Part shown: positions 51,864 through 64,000 of the stretch, one piece after another | Position numbering within the stretch: position 1 is the stretch's first letter | Layout of the letters: each line of letters begins with the position of its first letter | Source: an uncultured Alphaproteobacteria bacterium | GTDB lineage: Bacteria; Pseudomonadota; Alphaproteobacteria; Rhizobiales; Afifellaceae | Direction: 5' to 3' | Length of the DNA stretch: 64,000 bases | NCBI GenBank assembly: GCA_963805325.1 | Contig: CAWDTS010000014.1 | Span: 5,544-69,543, forward strand | Notes under the pieces: model-generated | Databases searched by the model: none | Seen by the model: the letters and a program-made list of their open reading frames with translations, nothing else | Told to the model about the DNA's origin: nothing | Program-made: the position numbers and the translations under genes

Positions 51864-53066
51864 CTACTCCGCGGGCTGCGGGGCGAGGCGGCGGCGGCCG
51901 AGCGTCAGCCGCGCGAGCACGAAAGCCCCAACCGCGCAGGCGGCGATCGTCGACACCATCGGCAGCGCCGTGCCGTCGAAGAAAACGCTGACAACGACGA
52001 TCATCAGTGCGCCGGTCAGCATCTGCAACGTGCCGCCGAGTGCGGCGGCCATGCCGGCGATCGGCCCGTGCGCGTCGAGCGCCAGCACCATGGTCGTGGG
52101 GATGACGAGACCGAGGAAGGCGAAGGAGCAGAAGAGCATCACGATAAGGACGCCGAGACTATCGGCGCCGGCCAGCGTCACGATGAAGAGCGCGACGGCG
52201 ACTGTCGTGTAGCAGGTCACTGCCGTGGTCACGACGCGCCCCATCCCGAAGCGGCCGCCGAGCTTTGCCGCAAACTGCGAGGAGCCGATAAAGCCGACTG
52301 CGTTCACCGAGAAAGCGAGGCTGTACTGGGTCGGCGTCAATCCGAAATGGTCGATGTAGATGAAGGAGGACGAGGCCAGGAAGGAGAAGAAGCTCGACAT
52401 GCCGAGGCCGGCGATGAAGGTGAGCCCCAGGAAATGCCAGTCGCGGAAGAGCGTACCAAAGCCCGCCGCGAGACTGGCGACGCTGATCCGCACGCGGTCC
52501 TTCGGAAGCCGCGTCTCCGGCTGGAAGAGCGCCAGCAGGACAAGGCCCAGAAGCGCGGCAATCGTCACCGCCACGAAGACCGCGCGCCAGCCGAAAGGCA
52601 CGATCAGCGCGCTTCCAGTCAGCGGCGCGAGGATCGGCGAGACGGAGAAGACGAGCATCATCAGCGCCATCAGGCGCGTCGCCTCGACGCCGGTGTGCAT
52701 GTCGCGCACGATGGCGCGCGGGATCACCATCACCGAGGATGCGCCGATACCCTGCAGCGTGCGGAACGCGATCAGCCAGCCGATCGACGGCGACAGCGCG
52801 CAGCCGATCGAGCCGAGGGCGAACAGCGCCAGCCCGAAATAGAGCGGCGGCTTGCGCCCGACCATGTCGGAGAGCGGGCCATAGACGATCTGGCAGACGC
52901 CGAAGGTCAGGAAGAAGACCATCAGCGTCATCTGCGTCGCGGCCGTCGACGCGCCGAGGCTCTCGGAGATCGTCGGCAGCGCCGGCAGATACATGTCGAT
53001 CGCGAACGGGCCAACGGCGGCGAGAAGGCCGAGCACAATCGCGCTCTTGGCGAAGCTTGCACGCAT
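51864..53066 (-). CDS. MFS transporter, Bcr/CflA subfamily
   Basis: Evidence: FAIDMYLPALPTI, GPLSDMVGRKPP, LQGIGASS, and 12 hydrophobic segments. It is a paralogue of 13608..14855. Confidence 0.85.
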   Translation of the reverse strand: MRASFAKSAIVLGLLAAVGPFAIDMYLPALPTISESLGASTAATQMTLMVFFLTFGVCQIVYGPLSDMVGRKPPLYFGLALFALGSIGCALSPSIGWLIAFRTLQGIGASSVMVIPRAIVRDMHTGVEATRLMALMMLVFSVSPILAPLTGSALIVPFGWRAVFVAVTIAALLGLVLLALFQPETRLPKDRVRISVASLAAGFGTLFRDWHFLGLTFIAGLGMSSFFSFLASSSFIYIDHFGLTPTQYSLAFSVNAVGFIGSSQFAAKLGGRFGMGRVVTTAVTCYTTVAVALFIVTLAGADSLGVLIVMLFCSFAFLGLVIPTTMVLALDAHGPIAGMAAALGGTLQMLTGALMIVVVSVFFDGTALPMVSTIAACAVGAFVLARLTLGRRRLAPQPAE

Positions 53067-53459
53067 TTATTCGGCTTTCAGAGGTTCGGGCCCTGGGAGG
53101 CGGACGCGCGTTTTCGCGCAATCCACGGAAAGGATCAAGCCGCGCACGGATTGCGCCGACAGACTACTGACAATTGGCCCTCGGGTGGCGTGATCTGCTT
53201 CAGAAAGAGGCGCATTCATGCCGAATTCTCCGCCAGAGGAACCGCCGGTCAATGTCGAAACGACCGCTTTCATCCCTTCGTCGATCCGCGGCGCTCCGAA
53301 TCGACAGGGGCGCGATTTTTCTTTTCCGGAGGCGTTTCTGCTTGAGCCGGTTCGCCACGGGTGGAACTCCGGCGCTTCAGCCGGTTTAATCATGCAACAA
53401 CCGGACTCGATGGCTTTTTGACCGAAGACCCAGCGGACACGATCAAGCGCAAGCACGAA

Positions 53460-55250
53460 ATGCCCTTCAGCGCCGCGGTAACGCGACGCGGGCGTGCGGT
53501 TTCGACTGTGGGCGCCGAATCACGCGCGCGTCGGCCTGAGGATCGAGGGCGACGAGCAGGGTGCGCCCGATGCGGCGGGAGGGCGAGCTGGCACACGCTT
53601 CAGACCGATGCGGCGCGGGCCGGCTCTCTCTATCGCTTCGTGCTCTCCGACGGCATGGCGATCCCCGATCCCGCCTCGCGCTTTCAGCCTCAGGACGTGC
53701 ATGGCCCGAGCGAGGTGATCGACCCCACGGCCTACGAGTGGCGCGATCGGAATTGGCGCGGCCGGCCGTGGGAGGAGGCGGTGCTCTACGAACTGCACGT
53801 CGGCGCCTTCACACAGGACGGAACATTTCGGGCAGCGATCGACAGGCTCGACGCTCTCGTCGAGCTCGGCGTCACCGCAATCGAGCTGATGCCGCTCGCG
53901 GATTTTCCAGGCAGATGGAACTGGGGCTATGACGGCGTGCAGCTCTTCGCGCCGGATTCAAGCTACGGACGGCCGGAGGACCTGAAGGCGCTCGTCGACG
54001 CCGCGCATCTGCGCGGGCTGATGGTCTTTCTCGATGTCGTCTACAACCACTTCGGCCCCGAGGGGAATTACTGGCCGGTCTGCGGGCCGATCTTCACGGA
54101 GCGTCATCACACGCCCTGGGGCGCAGCGATGAATTTCGACACCGAAGGCTCGGACGTCGTGCGCGAGCTGGTCGTCACGAATGCGCTCTACTGGATCGAA
54201 GAGTATCACCTGGACGGGCTGCGGCTCGACGCCGTCCACGCCATCCTCGACGACAGTCCTCAGCATATTCTCGACGAGATCGCGCTTCGTGTGCGTGCTG
54301 CCGCCGGCGAGCGTCATGTGCATTTGACTCTTGAGAACGAGGAGAATCATTCCGCGCGGCTGAAGCGCAGTCCAGACGGCACGCCGCTCGAATACACCGC
54401 GCAGTGGAATGATGACCTGCATCATGTGCTTCACACGGCGGTGACGGGGGAGAGCGCCAGCTATTATGGGCCTTATGCGGGCGACACGGAGAAGCTCGGC
54501 CGCGCGCTCGCGCAGGGTTTCGCGTTCCAGGGCGAGGTGATGGCGCATCGCGGCAAGGCGCGCGGCCAGCCGAGCGCCGGCCTTCCGCCTACCGCCTTCG
54601 TCGGCTTCGTCCAGAATCATGATCAGGTCGGCAACCGCGCCTTCGGCGAGCGGCTGACATCGCTCGCGCCGAAGGAGGCGCTTCGGGCGATCATCGCGAT
54701 CTATCTGCTGTCGCCGCAGATACCGATGCTCTTCATGGGGGAGGAATGGGGCTCGACGCGGCCCTTCCAGTTCTTCTGCGACTTCGAGCCAGGGCTCGCC
54801 GAGGCGGTCCGCAACGGCCGCCGGCAGGAGTTCGCGCGGTTCCCCGCGTTCCAGGACCCGGCGACGCGCGAGCGCATTCCTGACCCGACCGCCGAGGCGA
54901 CCTTTCTTGCCTCGAAGCTCGATTGGGAGGATGCAGGAGACGGTGCGCACGCAGAATGGCGGGACTTCTATGCCAGGGTGCTCGCGGTGCGCCGCCAGGA
55001 GATCGTGCCGAGACTTTTCGGTACAGCCGGGCACGCGGGACACTACACCGTGCTGGGCCACGAGGCGGTCGGCGTCGAATGGCGTCTCGGCGACCGCTCG
55101 ATGCTGACCCTTCTCGCCAATCTGTCTGACAAGCCGATCCCGCTCGCGGGCCCGGCGGCGGGGAGGGTGATCTGGGAGGAGGGGGTGGCGACCGGCGAGA
55201 GTCTTGCGCCTTGGACCGCTCTTTTCACGCTGATCGATGGAGTTTCTTGA
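53460..55250 (+). pseudogene. treZ: malto-oligosyltrehalose trehalohydrolase TreZ, three single-base frame changes near the 5' end
   Basis: The catalytic part is intact (GYDGVQLFAPDSSYGRPEDLKALVDAAHLRGLMVFLDVVYNHFGPEGNY, GLRLDAVH, ENEEN, VQNHDQVGNR). The N-terminus reads MPFSAAVTRRG in frame 0, VRFRLWAPNHARVGLRIEGDEQ in frame 1, VRPMRREGE in frame 2, then WHTLQTDAARAGSLYRF back in frame 0. The switches are at about 53490-93, 53559-61 and 53586-90. Confidence 0.85.
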
Positions 55251-58008
<2,758 letters not shown>

Positions 58009-58012
<4 letters not shown>

Positions 58013-58521
58013 GCGGCTTTCACGATCGCGGCGGAGACCGGCGGCGCGCTGCGCAGCGTCTGCAGCACGACGCAATAGCGCTCGGTGAGCTTCAGGAGCT
58101 GGTCGAGCTTCTCCCTGGGCGCGTCGGTCTCGACGTCGAAGGCAAGGCGGATGTCGCGGAAGCCGACCGGCGCCTCGCGGTCGACGGCGAGCGTGCCGCG
58201 GAAGTCGAGGTCGCCCTCGGCGCGGACATGCGCGCTCTTCAGCTCGACGCCGATGGCGGTCGCGACGGCCTTCAGCGTCACGCCGGCGCAGGCGACGAGC
58301 GCCTCAAGCAGCATGTCGCCGGAGCAGGCTTCCATACCCGTGCCGCCGGTCGCCGGATGCAGGCCGGCGGTGACGAGCGCGCGGCCCGTCTCCACCTTGC
58401 AGGCGATCTTGGCCTCGTCGATCGACCCTTCGGCCTTCAGCGTGATGACGGCGGCGTCGGGGTCGCCCTTGTACTTTTCCTTCAGCGGCGCCTGCGTGGC
58501 GCGGAGGGTTTCGGCGTCCAT
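58009..58521 (-). CDS. OsmC/Ohr family peroxiredoxin-like protein
   Basis: It has two conserved Cys contexts (GMEACSGDMLLEALVACAG and TERYCVVLQTL), as in OsmC. 170 aa. Confidence 0.8.
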
Positions 58522-58662
58522 TCGGGGCTCCCAATTCTTGGCCCGATCGCGGGCGTGGGCTCCGGCGATTCCAGAGCGGCCGACCCTTCTAGGGCATGTC
58601 GCGTGGCGAGGCTCTTCAACACTTTTCGATTAAAGCGGAGCGGGTGGCAGCCAGCTCAAGAG

Positions 58663-59121
58663 CTAGCGGTCGGTCATCCATTTCTTGCGCGCTTGCTCAA
58701 GCGACGCGGGCCAGGCCGAGTCCGGACGGACGAGCGTGAATTTCTCGTTCTCAAGAAGCCCGACGAAGACCTTGCAGGAGGATTCCTCGATGCCGAGGAA
58801 GCCCTCGTCGACGGTGCAGTTGTGCGGCATGCAGGCGGCCGCATAGACATAGCCGTCGCCCGTCGATTCAAACGGGACCTGCACCTGATAGCGCTGGTCG
58901 AAACGCTTGAAGGCCTTGCCGAGGAGAGACTTCAGCGACGCCGTCAACGCTGCGTTCTTTACGTCGAAGAGGTATTGCCCGGTGAGGCCATGGCAATCGG
59001 CGGCGGAGGCAGGCGTGCCAGCAAGGGCGAGCGCCAGCGCGAGCGCCGCGCTCAGCCCAATGCGACGGGCTCCTTCTCGTCGCGGCGGCGCCAGCGTGGT
59101 GCGGAGAGGTTCGGCGTCCAT
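58663..59121 (-). CDS. Ivy-family (inhibitor of vertebrate lysozyme) periplasmic protein
   Basis: It has a signal peptide (..ALALALAGTPASA/AD). The loop AACMPHNCTVDEGFLGI parallels the E. coli Ivy SACKPHDCGSQRIAVMW motif (CKPHDC). Start taken at MDAEPL (59121). Confidence 0.55.
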   Translation of the reverse strand: MDAEPLRTTLAPPRREGARRIGLSAALALALALAGTPASAADCHGLTGQYLFDVKNAALTASLKSLLGKAFKRFDQRYQVQVPFESTGDGYVYAAACMPHNCTVDEGFLGIEESSCKVFVGLLENEKFTLVRPDSAWPASLEQARKKWMTDR

Positions 59122-59174
59122 CGTGCTTTCTCCGAAGCTGTAATGGCCATCACGTCGCGGATCGGAGCGAGACT

Positions 59175-59500
59175 TCAATCCGGAAGCAGCCAGACAAAGA
59201 GCGGGCCGACACCCGTGCCGCCATAAAGGCAGATGAAGCGCACCTTCTTCGATCCGTCGGAGGATTTGAGCATCGCCGGCCCGTGCAGAACCGACGACAC
59301 GTACTCCTTGCCGGCTTTCACCTCAGCCCTGTCGACATTCAATGCGTCACGGTCGATCTGGAGCCGCGAGTTGCGCGCCTCTTTCGGAAAGTCGAACGCA
59401 GCGAGGCTCTCGCACTCCGAAACCTCGTCGGCCCTCGCGGGAAGCGGGACGAGGACCAGGGGGAAGCGAGGAGAGCGACGAGCGCGAGAAGGGTTTTCAC
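59175..59500 (-). pseudogene. small secreted hypothetical protein, one frame change in the signal peptide
   Basis: GTG at 59500 (overlapping the leuD stop) gives [14 protein letters not shown]. The mature part (LVLVPLPARADEVSECESLAAFDF...RFICLYGGTGVGPLFVWLLPD) lies in the frame of ORF 59175..59534. The junction is near 59455. Confidence 0.4.
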
Positions 59501-60102
59501 ACCCAGGGCCGGTCGGACTCGTGCTTCTTCTCATAGGCGGCGATCTGATCGGCCTTCTGCTCGGTGATCCCGATGCCGTCGAGGCCGTTCAGCAGACAGT
59601 ATTTCTTGAACGGATCGATCTCGAACTTCACGACGCCGCCGTCCGGCCCATGGATCTCCTGCTTCTCAAGGTCGATGGTGAGCGTCGCATTGGCGCCGCG
59701 CTCCGCGTCGTCCATCAGCTTCTCCAGATCCTCCGGCTTGACGATCGCGGGGAGGAGCCCGTTCTGGAAGCAGTTCGTATAGAAGATGTCGGCGAAGCTC
59801 GTGGAGATCACGCAGGTGATGCCGTAGTCCTTGAGCGCCCAGGGCGCGTGCTCACGACTTGAGCCGCAGCCGAAATTGTCGCCGGCGACGATGACCTTGG
59901 CGTTCTTGTAAGCGGGCTTGTTCAGGATGAAATCGGGATTGTCCGAGCCATCGTCCTTGTAGCGCCACTCCGAGAAGAGGCCTTTGCCGAGGCCGGTCCG
60001 CCGGATCGTCTTCAGATACTGCTTCGGGATGATCGCGTCGGTGTCGATGTTGATGCGCGGCATCGGCGCGGCGACGGCGGTCAGCGTGGTGAACTTGTCC
60101 AT
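59497..60102 (-). CDS. leuD: 3-isopropylmalate dehydratase small subunit
   Basis: Evidence: [50 protein letters not shown]. 201 aa. Confidence 0.9.
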   Translation of the reverse strand: MDKFTTLTAVAAPMPRINIDTDAIIPKQYLKTIRRTGLGKGLFSEWRYKDDGSDNPDFILNKPAYKNAKVIVAGDNFGCGSSREHAPWALKDYGITCVISTSFADIFYTNCFQNGLLPAIVKPEDLEKLMDDAERGANATLTIDLEKQEIHGPDGGVVKFEIDPFKKYCLLNGLDGIGITEQKADQIAAYEKKHESDRPWV

Positions 60103-60248
60103 GGGGATGCTCCTTGGGCCGCTGATTAGCCGAGCGCGGCGCGAATGGGAAGGGCGGCGTCTTGACAGCCCGCGCCGCGATTGCGCTGATTTCGGCAGTC
60201 GGCGCATTGATCCTGCCCTGCGCAGGGGACCATCCTTCGGGCAGCGGC

Positions 60249-62967
60249 ATGGACTGGCTTGTCGAATACGCCATCTGGACGTGGGTCGCTGTCTACGCCG
60301 TGGCGCTGCTCGGGTTCATGCTTCTGCTGCTGACGCGGTTCGTGGTCTGGATCCTGCGCAAATTGCCGCCGCTTCGAACGCGGCTAGAGCCGCTCGCCGA
60401 CACCCTGGCGGGTCTTTCCGACAGGATCCTTTACAGCGCGCTGGCGATCTTCTGGGCCGGCGGGCTGGCGCCCGTCCTTCTCGTCGCGATCCCGGTGCTG
60501 GCCTTCGGCGTCTTCAGCATGAAGCTGCTCGTCCCACGCGTGGCCAGCGAAGGTCACGCGCATGGCGCCGGGCACCCGTGGTGGCCGTCGTTCGCGACGA
60601 TGGACTGGCCGCTGCGGCTGATCACCGTCACCGCCCTGGCGCAGGTCCTCGGGGCGGCGGCTATCCTGTGGATGCTCAAGGACCCGATCACGCCGATCGT
60701 GGTCGGCATCGTCGAAGGACAGACGATCGAGATCGACCGGCTTGTCGTCGTCGCAACGGGCTTCTTCCTTGCCGCGGCCTTCGGCTTTTCGCTGGCCGGC
60801 GCATGGCCATCCGCGCCCACCCGTATCCTCGTGCTCGCGATCTTCGCCGTGACCGGCAGGCCCCCGCAGTGGGAGGGCGCCACGGCGACGATCTGGTGGG
60901 CGACGGTCGGCGCGCTGACTCTCGCGACCGCTGTCACGTTTGCTCCGCAGGTCCGCGACAGCCTGCGCAGGCAGGAGCGTCTCGTATCCTTTGGCATTGC
61001 GCTGGCGCTCGGCTTTGCCGTCTTCTATGGGCTGACCGAGCACGCGATGGATGCGGCGGGCGCGAGCTACGCCGCGTTCCTGGACCGGCAGATCACCGAA
61101 CTGGCCATCGCCATGACGCCGGTGCTGTTTCTGGCCGGCACCGATTTCGCCGAGATCGGCGAAGCCGCGGGGCAGCAGGTTGCCCGTTTGACCCGATGGG
61201 GCAGCCACCTTTGGGTAGTCGCCGCCGGCGCGATCATCGTGCCCATAGGCACCGTCGCGACGGTGGCATGGGTGGGGGACATCGACGTTTCGGGATTGGA
61301 GAGCGCGGGAGCCGCCGCCTTTGCGTTCGCCGCGCTGGTGACGATCCTCGTGATCGTGGTGGCTGCGAGCGACAAGGGACGTCTCGGATGCTTGATTGGC
61401 GGAATCATAGGCATCGTGCTCGCCATCCTCGCGCTCTATGCCCTGCATGTCTTCGAGGCGCATACGCACCCCCTTTATCTCGTGACGCTCGCGGCGCCGG
61501 TCATCGCGGCGGTGACCGTCGGCGTGGTCGTCGGGCAATCGGGACTGCGGCGTTGGTCGTCGTACCGAGTCCCGTTTGCTGCCATGGCCGTGACCGCGCT
61601 ACTCATGGCGGGCACGCGCGAAGCCTTGAACGTGTTCTGGGCATACCGCGCAGTCCCGCCGCAGGCCGAGGCTCAGCACTTTAAGGTCGTGACGTTCGAT
61701 GAAACGCCGCAGGCCAGCTTCGCGATTCCGGAATCGTGGAGCGTAGAGCCGCTTGAAACGGGCGGCGTGCTCATGGGCGACGGCGGCGACGACTACGAAC
61801 ACGGGCGGATGGTGATCGTGGCGATTCCGTTGCAGGGCGCCCGCGAAGTCGGATTCGACAGGGAGGCGGGTCTCGGTAGCGCTTGGCCCGGGCTCGCCGC
61901 GCGGATGGAGAAAAGCTCGGGAAGGATTTCATCTTACCTTGGACTCGGACGTCAGCGTCGAAGGGTTCGACTGGTCGCTCAGCAGCGGGGCGTTTCTTGA
62001 GAACGGCCGGCGCTATGCCGTCCGCGTCTACGCACGAATCGCCGAGAACGAGTGGTGGCTTGCCGTCAGCTTGGCCGGGGCGCGCTACGACCGCTACTTC
62101 GACGCCCTGTTCGACGTGATCGTCGCCAGCATGCGTCCGGACCTGCTGGCGAAACCGTTCATCGAAGAGCTTCCGGCCATCGATCTGTCGCGGCGGGTGA
62201 CACATGTCGGAGGCTTCGGCTACCTGCCGCTCGTCTTCGCCCCGATCGGGATGATCCTGCTTTTCGTCCGATTCTGGCCAGACACAGGGCTTTTCCGATG
62301 GGTCCGGAAGACGCCAACGGGGTTGCCGATCGAGGTGGCCGGGCTGCTCCTGATTACCGTCGCGGCCACCGCCGTCTTCTTCCTTCCCGAGACGGAGTTG
62401 CTCGAATATTGGAGGGAGGCGGCGGCGAAAACCAATCCGCTCGGCAGCCTGCAGCTTGCCGTCGCCGGCGCGACAATCGTCACGGTGCTCGTCGCGCTGT
62501 TCCGCCGGAAGCTTGCCGCGTGGGCGGACGCGATCCGCGATCTGATCGCGCTCAACGTGGCCGTTCTGACGATGTTCGGAATCTACGCCGTCTACGGCGC
62601 CACCATTCCGCTCGGCGAGCACAATGTCGCGATCGAGGTCAGCATCTTCCTGATCAGCATCCTCTGGGACTTCCTGCGGTCGGGCGAGCAGATTACCAAT
62701 GTCGACGGGCGGCTCTTCCGCCGCCCGGCGCGCATCATGGCCTATCTCGGCTACATCGCGCTGATCGGCACGATGACGCTGTTCATCTCGGCGCAGTCTG
62801 TCGGAGAGGGCGGGGAGCCGATCGGGAAGGTGCTGGAGGGCGAGGAAATCGCGCGGCAGGGAATTATCTGGCTCGGCACGCCGGTCCTCTTGCTGCGGTT
62901 CCTCCTGGGCTGGATCAAGGCGCATCCGGCGGAGCGTCGTGAAGAGGTCACGCCCTATGGGCGATAA
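60249..62967 (+). pseudogene. large polytopic membrane protein of unknown family (about 900 aa), one or two frame changes near 61895-61940
   Basis: ORF 60162..62000 has about 12 hydrophobic segments followed by a soluble region. ORF 61939..62967 has a soluble region followed by about 7 hydrophobic segments. They abut, and the frames can be joined through ..ADGEKLGKDFILP.. in the third frame. No motif recognised. Confidence 0.5.
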
Positions 62968-62984
62968 CGTGGAGACGAATCCAT

Positions 62985-63620
62985 ATGAAGCTTTACAACG
63001 CCGATCTGTCGCCGAACGCGCTTCGCGTTCGTGCGGTCGCGAAGGAACTCGGCATCGCGCTCGAGATCATCGATGTCGATTTCCGCAAGGGCGAGCACAA
63101 GACCGAGGCCTACCTGGCCATCAACCCGAACGGCAAGGTGCCGACGCTCGTCGACGGTGACTTCATGCTTTGGGAAAGCCGCGCCATCAACGGCTATCTC
63201 GCGAGCCTCAAGCCCGAGCGTGGGCTCTATCCAGACGACGCGAAGAAGCGCGCGATCGTCGAACAATGGAGCTACTGGCACGCGGTGCATCTCGGTCCGG
63301 CGATGCAGCGGGTGGTGTTTGAGCGGATCGTCAAGAAGATGTTCGGCCGGGGTGAGCCGGACGAGGCCGTGGTCGAGGCGGGTCTCAAGGAAGTGGCGCA
63401 GCTTTTTCCGGTGCTCGATGCTGATCTGAAGGACAAGGAATGGGTCGCCGGGGGCCTGAGCGTCGCCGACTTCGCGGTCGCGAGCACCTTCGTCTACTGC
63501 AAGCCCGCGGGCATTCCGCTCGAAGCGACGCCGCATATCTCGGCCTGGCTGAAGCGGATGGAAGAGCGGCCGTCATGGCAGGCGGCGACGGCGCCGATCA
63601 AGGCGATGATGAAGGGCTGA
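62985..63620 (+). CDS. glutathione S-transferase
   Basis: Evidence: MKLYNADLSPNALRVRAVAKELGI...NPNGKVPTLVDGDFMLWESRAINGYL (N-terminal thioredoxin-like GST fold), followed by an alpha-helical C-domain. Confidence 0.85.
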   Translation: MKLYNADLSPNALRVRAVAKELGIALEIIDVDFRKGEHKTEAYLAINPNGKVPTLVDGDFMLWESRAINGYLASLKPERGLYPDDAKKRAIVEQWSYWHAVHLGPAMQRVVFERIVKKMFGRGEPDEAVVEAGLKEVAQLFPVLDADLKDKEWVAGGLSVADFAVASTFVYCKPAGIPLEATPHISAWLKRMEERPSWQAATAPIKAMMKG

Positions 63621-63643
63621 TCGCGGCGGAGGCGTGATCTTCC

Positions 63644-64000
63644 CTAGACCCGCTTGATGGAATCGGCGGCTGTAGGCGCCGGCTTGTGGACGGCGACGCC
63701 GAGCATGACGAGAAGCACGCCGACGACATCCCTGGCGCTCGGGATCTGAGCGAGCACGATCGCGCCGATGATGGTTGCCGTTGCGGGGAGGAGCGCGAGG
63801 AGCAGGGCGAAGCTCGTGCGCGGCAGCCGCGACATCGCGAGCTGGTCACAGATGTACGGGATCACCGAAGAAGAGATGCCGACGCCGATGCCGGCGAGGA
63901 GAAGCAGCGGGCTGGCGAAAGCGTGGAGCGCATCGAGGAAGCCGACCGGCATGACGACGAGGAAGGCGACGGACATCGCCGCGCCGAGCCGCTTGACACC
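63644..64000 (-). CDS. EamA/DMT family transporter, C-terminal part (5' end beyond window)
   Basis: It shows hydrophobic EamA repeat sequence (..GISSSVIPYICDQLAMSRLPRTSFALLLALLPATATIIGAIVLAQIP..). The ORF stays open to the window edge. Confidence 0.7.
   Translation of the reverse strand, partial: GVKRLGAAMSVAFLVVMPVGFLDALHAFASPLLLLAGIGVGISSSVIPYICDQLAMSRLPRTSFALLLALLPATATIIGAIVLAQIPSARDVVGVLLVMLGVAVHKPAPTAADSIKRV

Noticed and set aside
59984-62925. ORFs 59984..61684 (+), 60384..61538 (-) and 61771..62925 (-) over the large membrane-protein locus.
   Set aside because: They are Arg/Asp/Gly-rich shadow frames. The frame giving repeated hydrophobic helices is far more protein-like.

Overview
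High-G+C chromosomal DNA with an alphaproteobacterial (Rhizobiales-like) character. Evidence for this: an alpha-type LexA box (GAAC-N7-GAAC), a ccmABCDG cluster, dapF/mtaB/ftsY/yciB synteny, and yggT-yggU. The window is mostly housekeeping and envelope genes: typA, recQ, argG, acnA, ccmABCDG, ftsY, mtaB, dapF, leuD, treZ-treY, a ybbA/ybbP-like ABC pair with a tesA-like esterase, two Bcr/CflA MFS pumps (one with MarR), and two class III nucleotide cyclases.

More accessory content:
- A recombinase gene fragment abutting tRNA-Ala(CGC) at the left edge, probably an island boundary.
- A SigK/RskA-like ECF pair next to a fasciclin gene.
- A copper-chaperone cluster: SCO1, a DUF2946-like gene, PCuAC, and a PCuAC-like::SCO1 fusion.
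- A LexA-boxed imuA-imuB pair with no dnaE2 alongside.
- A lower-GC islet of small ORFs inserted between mtaB and dapF.
- A TIR / transmembrane / FGE-sulfatase-like gene. I regard this as the best candidate for an undescribed signalling or immunity module.
- A roughly 900-aa polytopic membrane protein of unknown family.

The most pervasive oddity is that about 20 single-base frame changes interrupt otherwise recognisable genes, including argG, recQ, treZ and treY. Several sit at short G or C runs, so assembly indel error is at least as likely as true pseudogenisation. No CRISPR array, rRNA, transposase or recognisable phage genes were seen. All family assignments come from motif recognition by eye; no database search was run.
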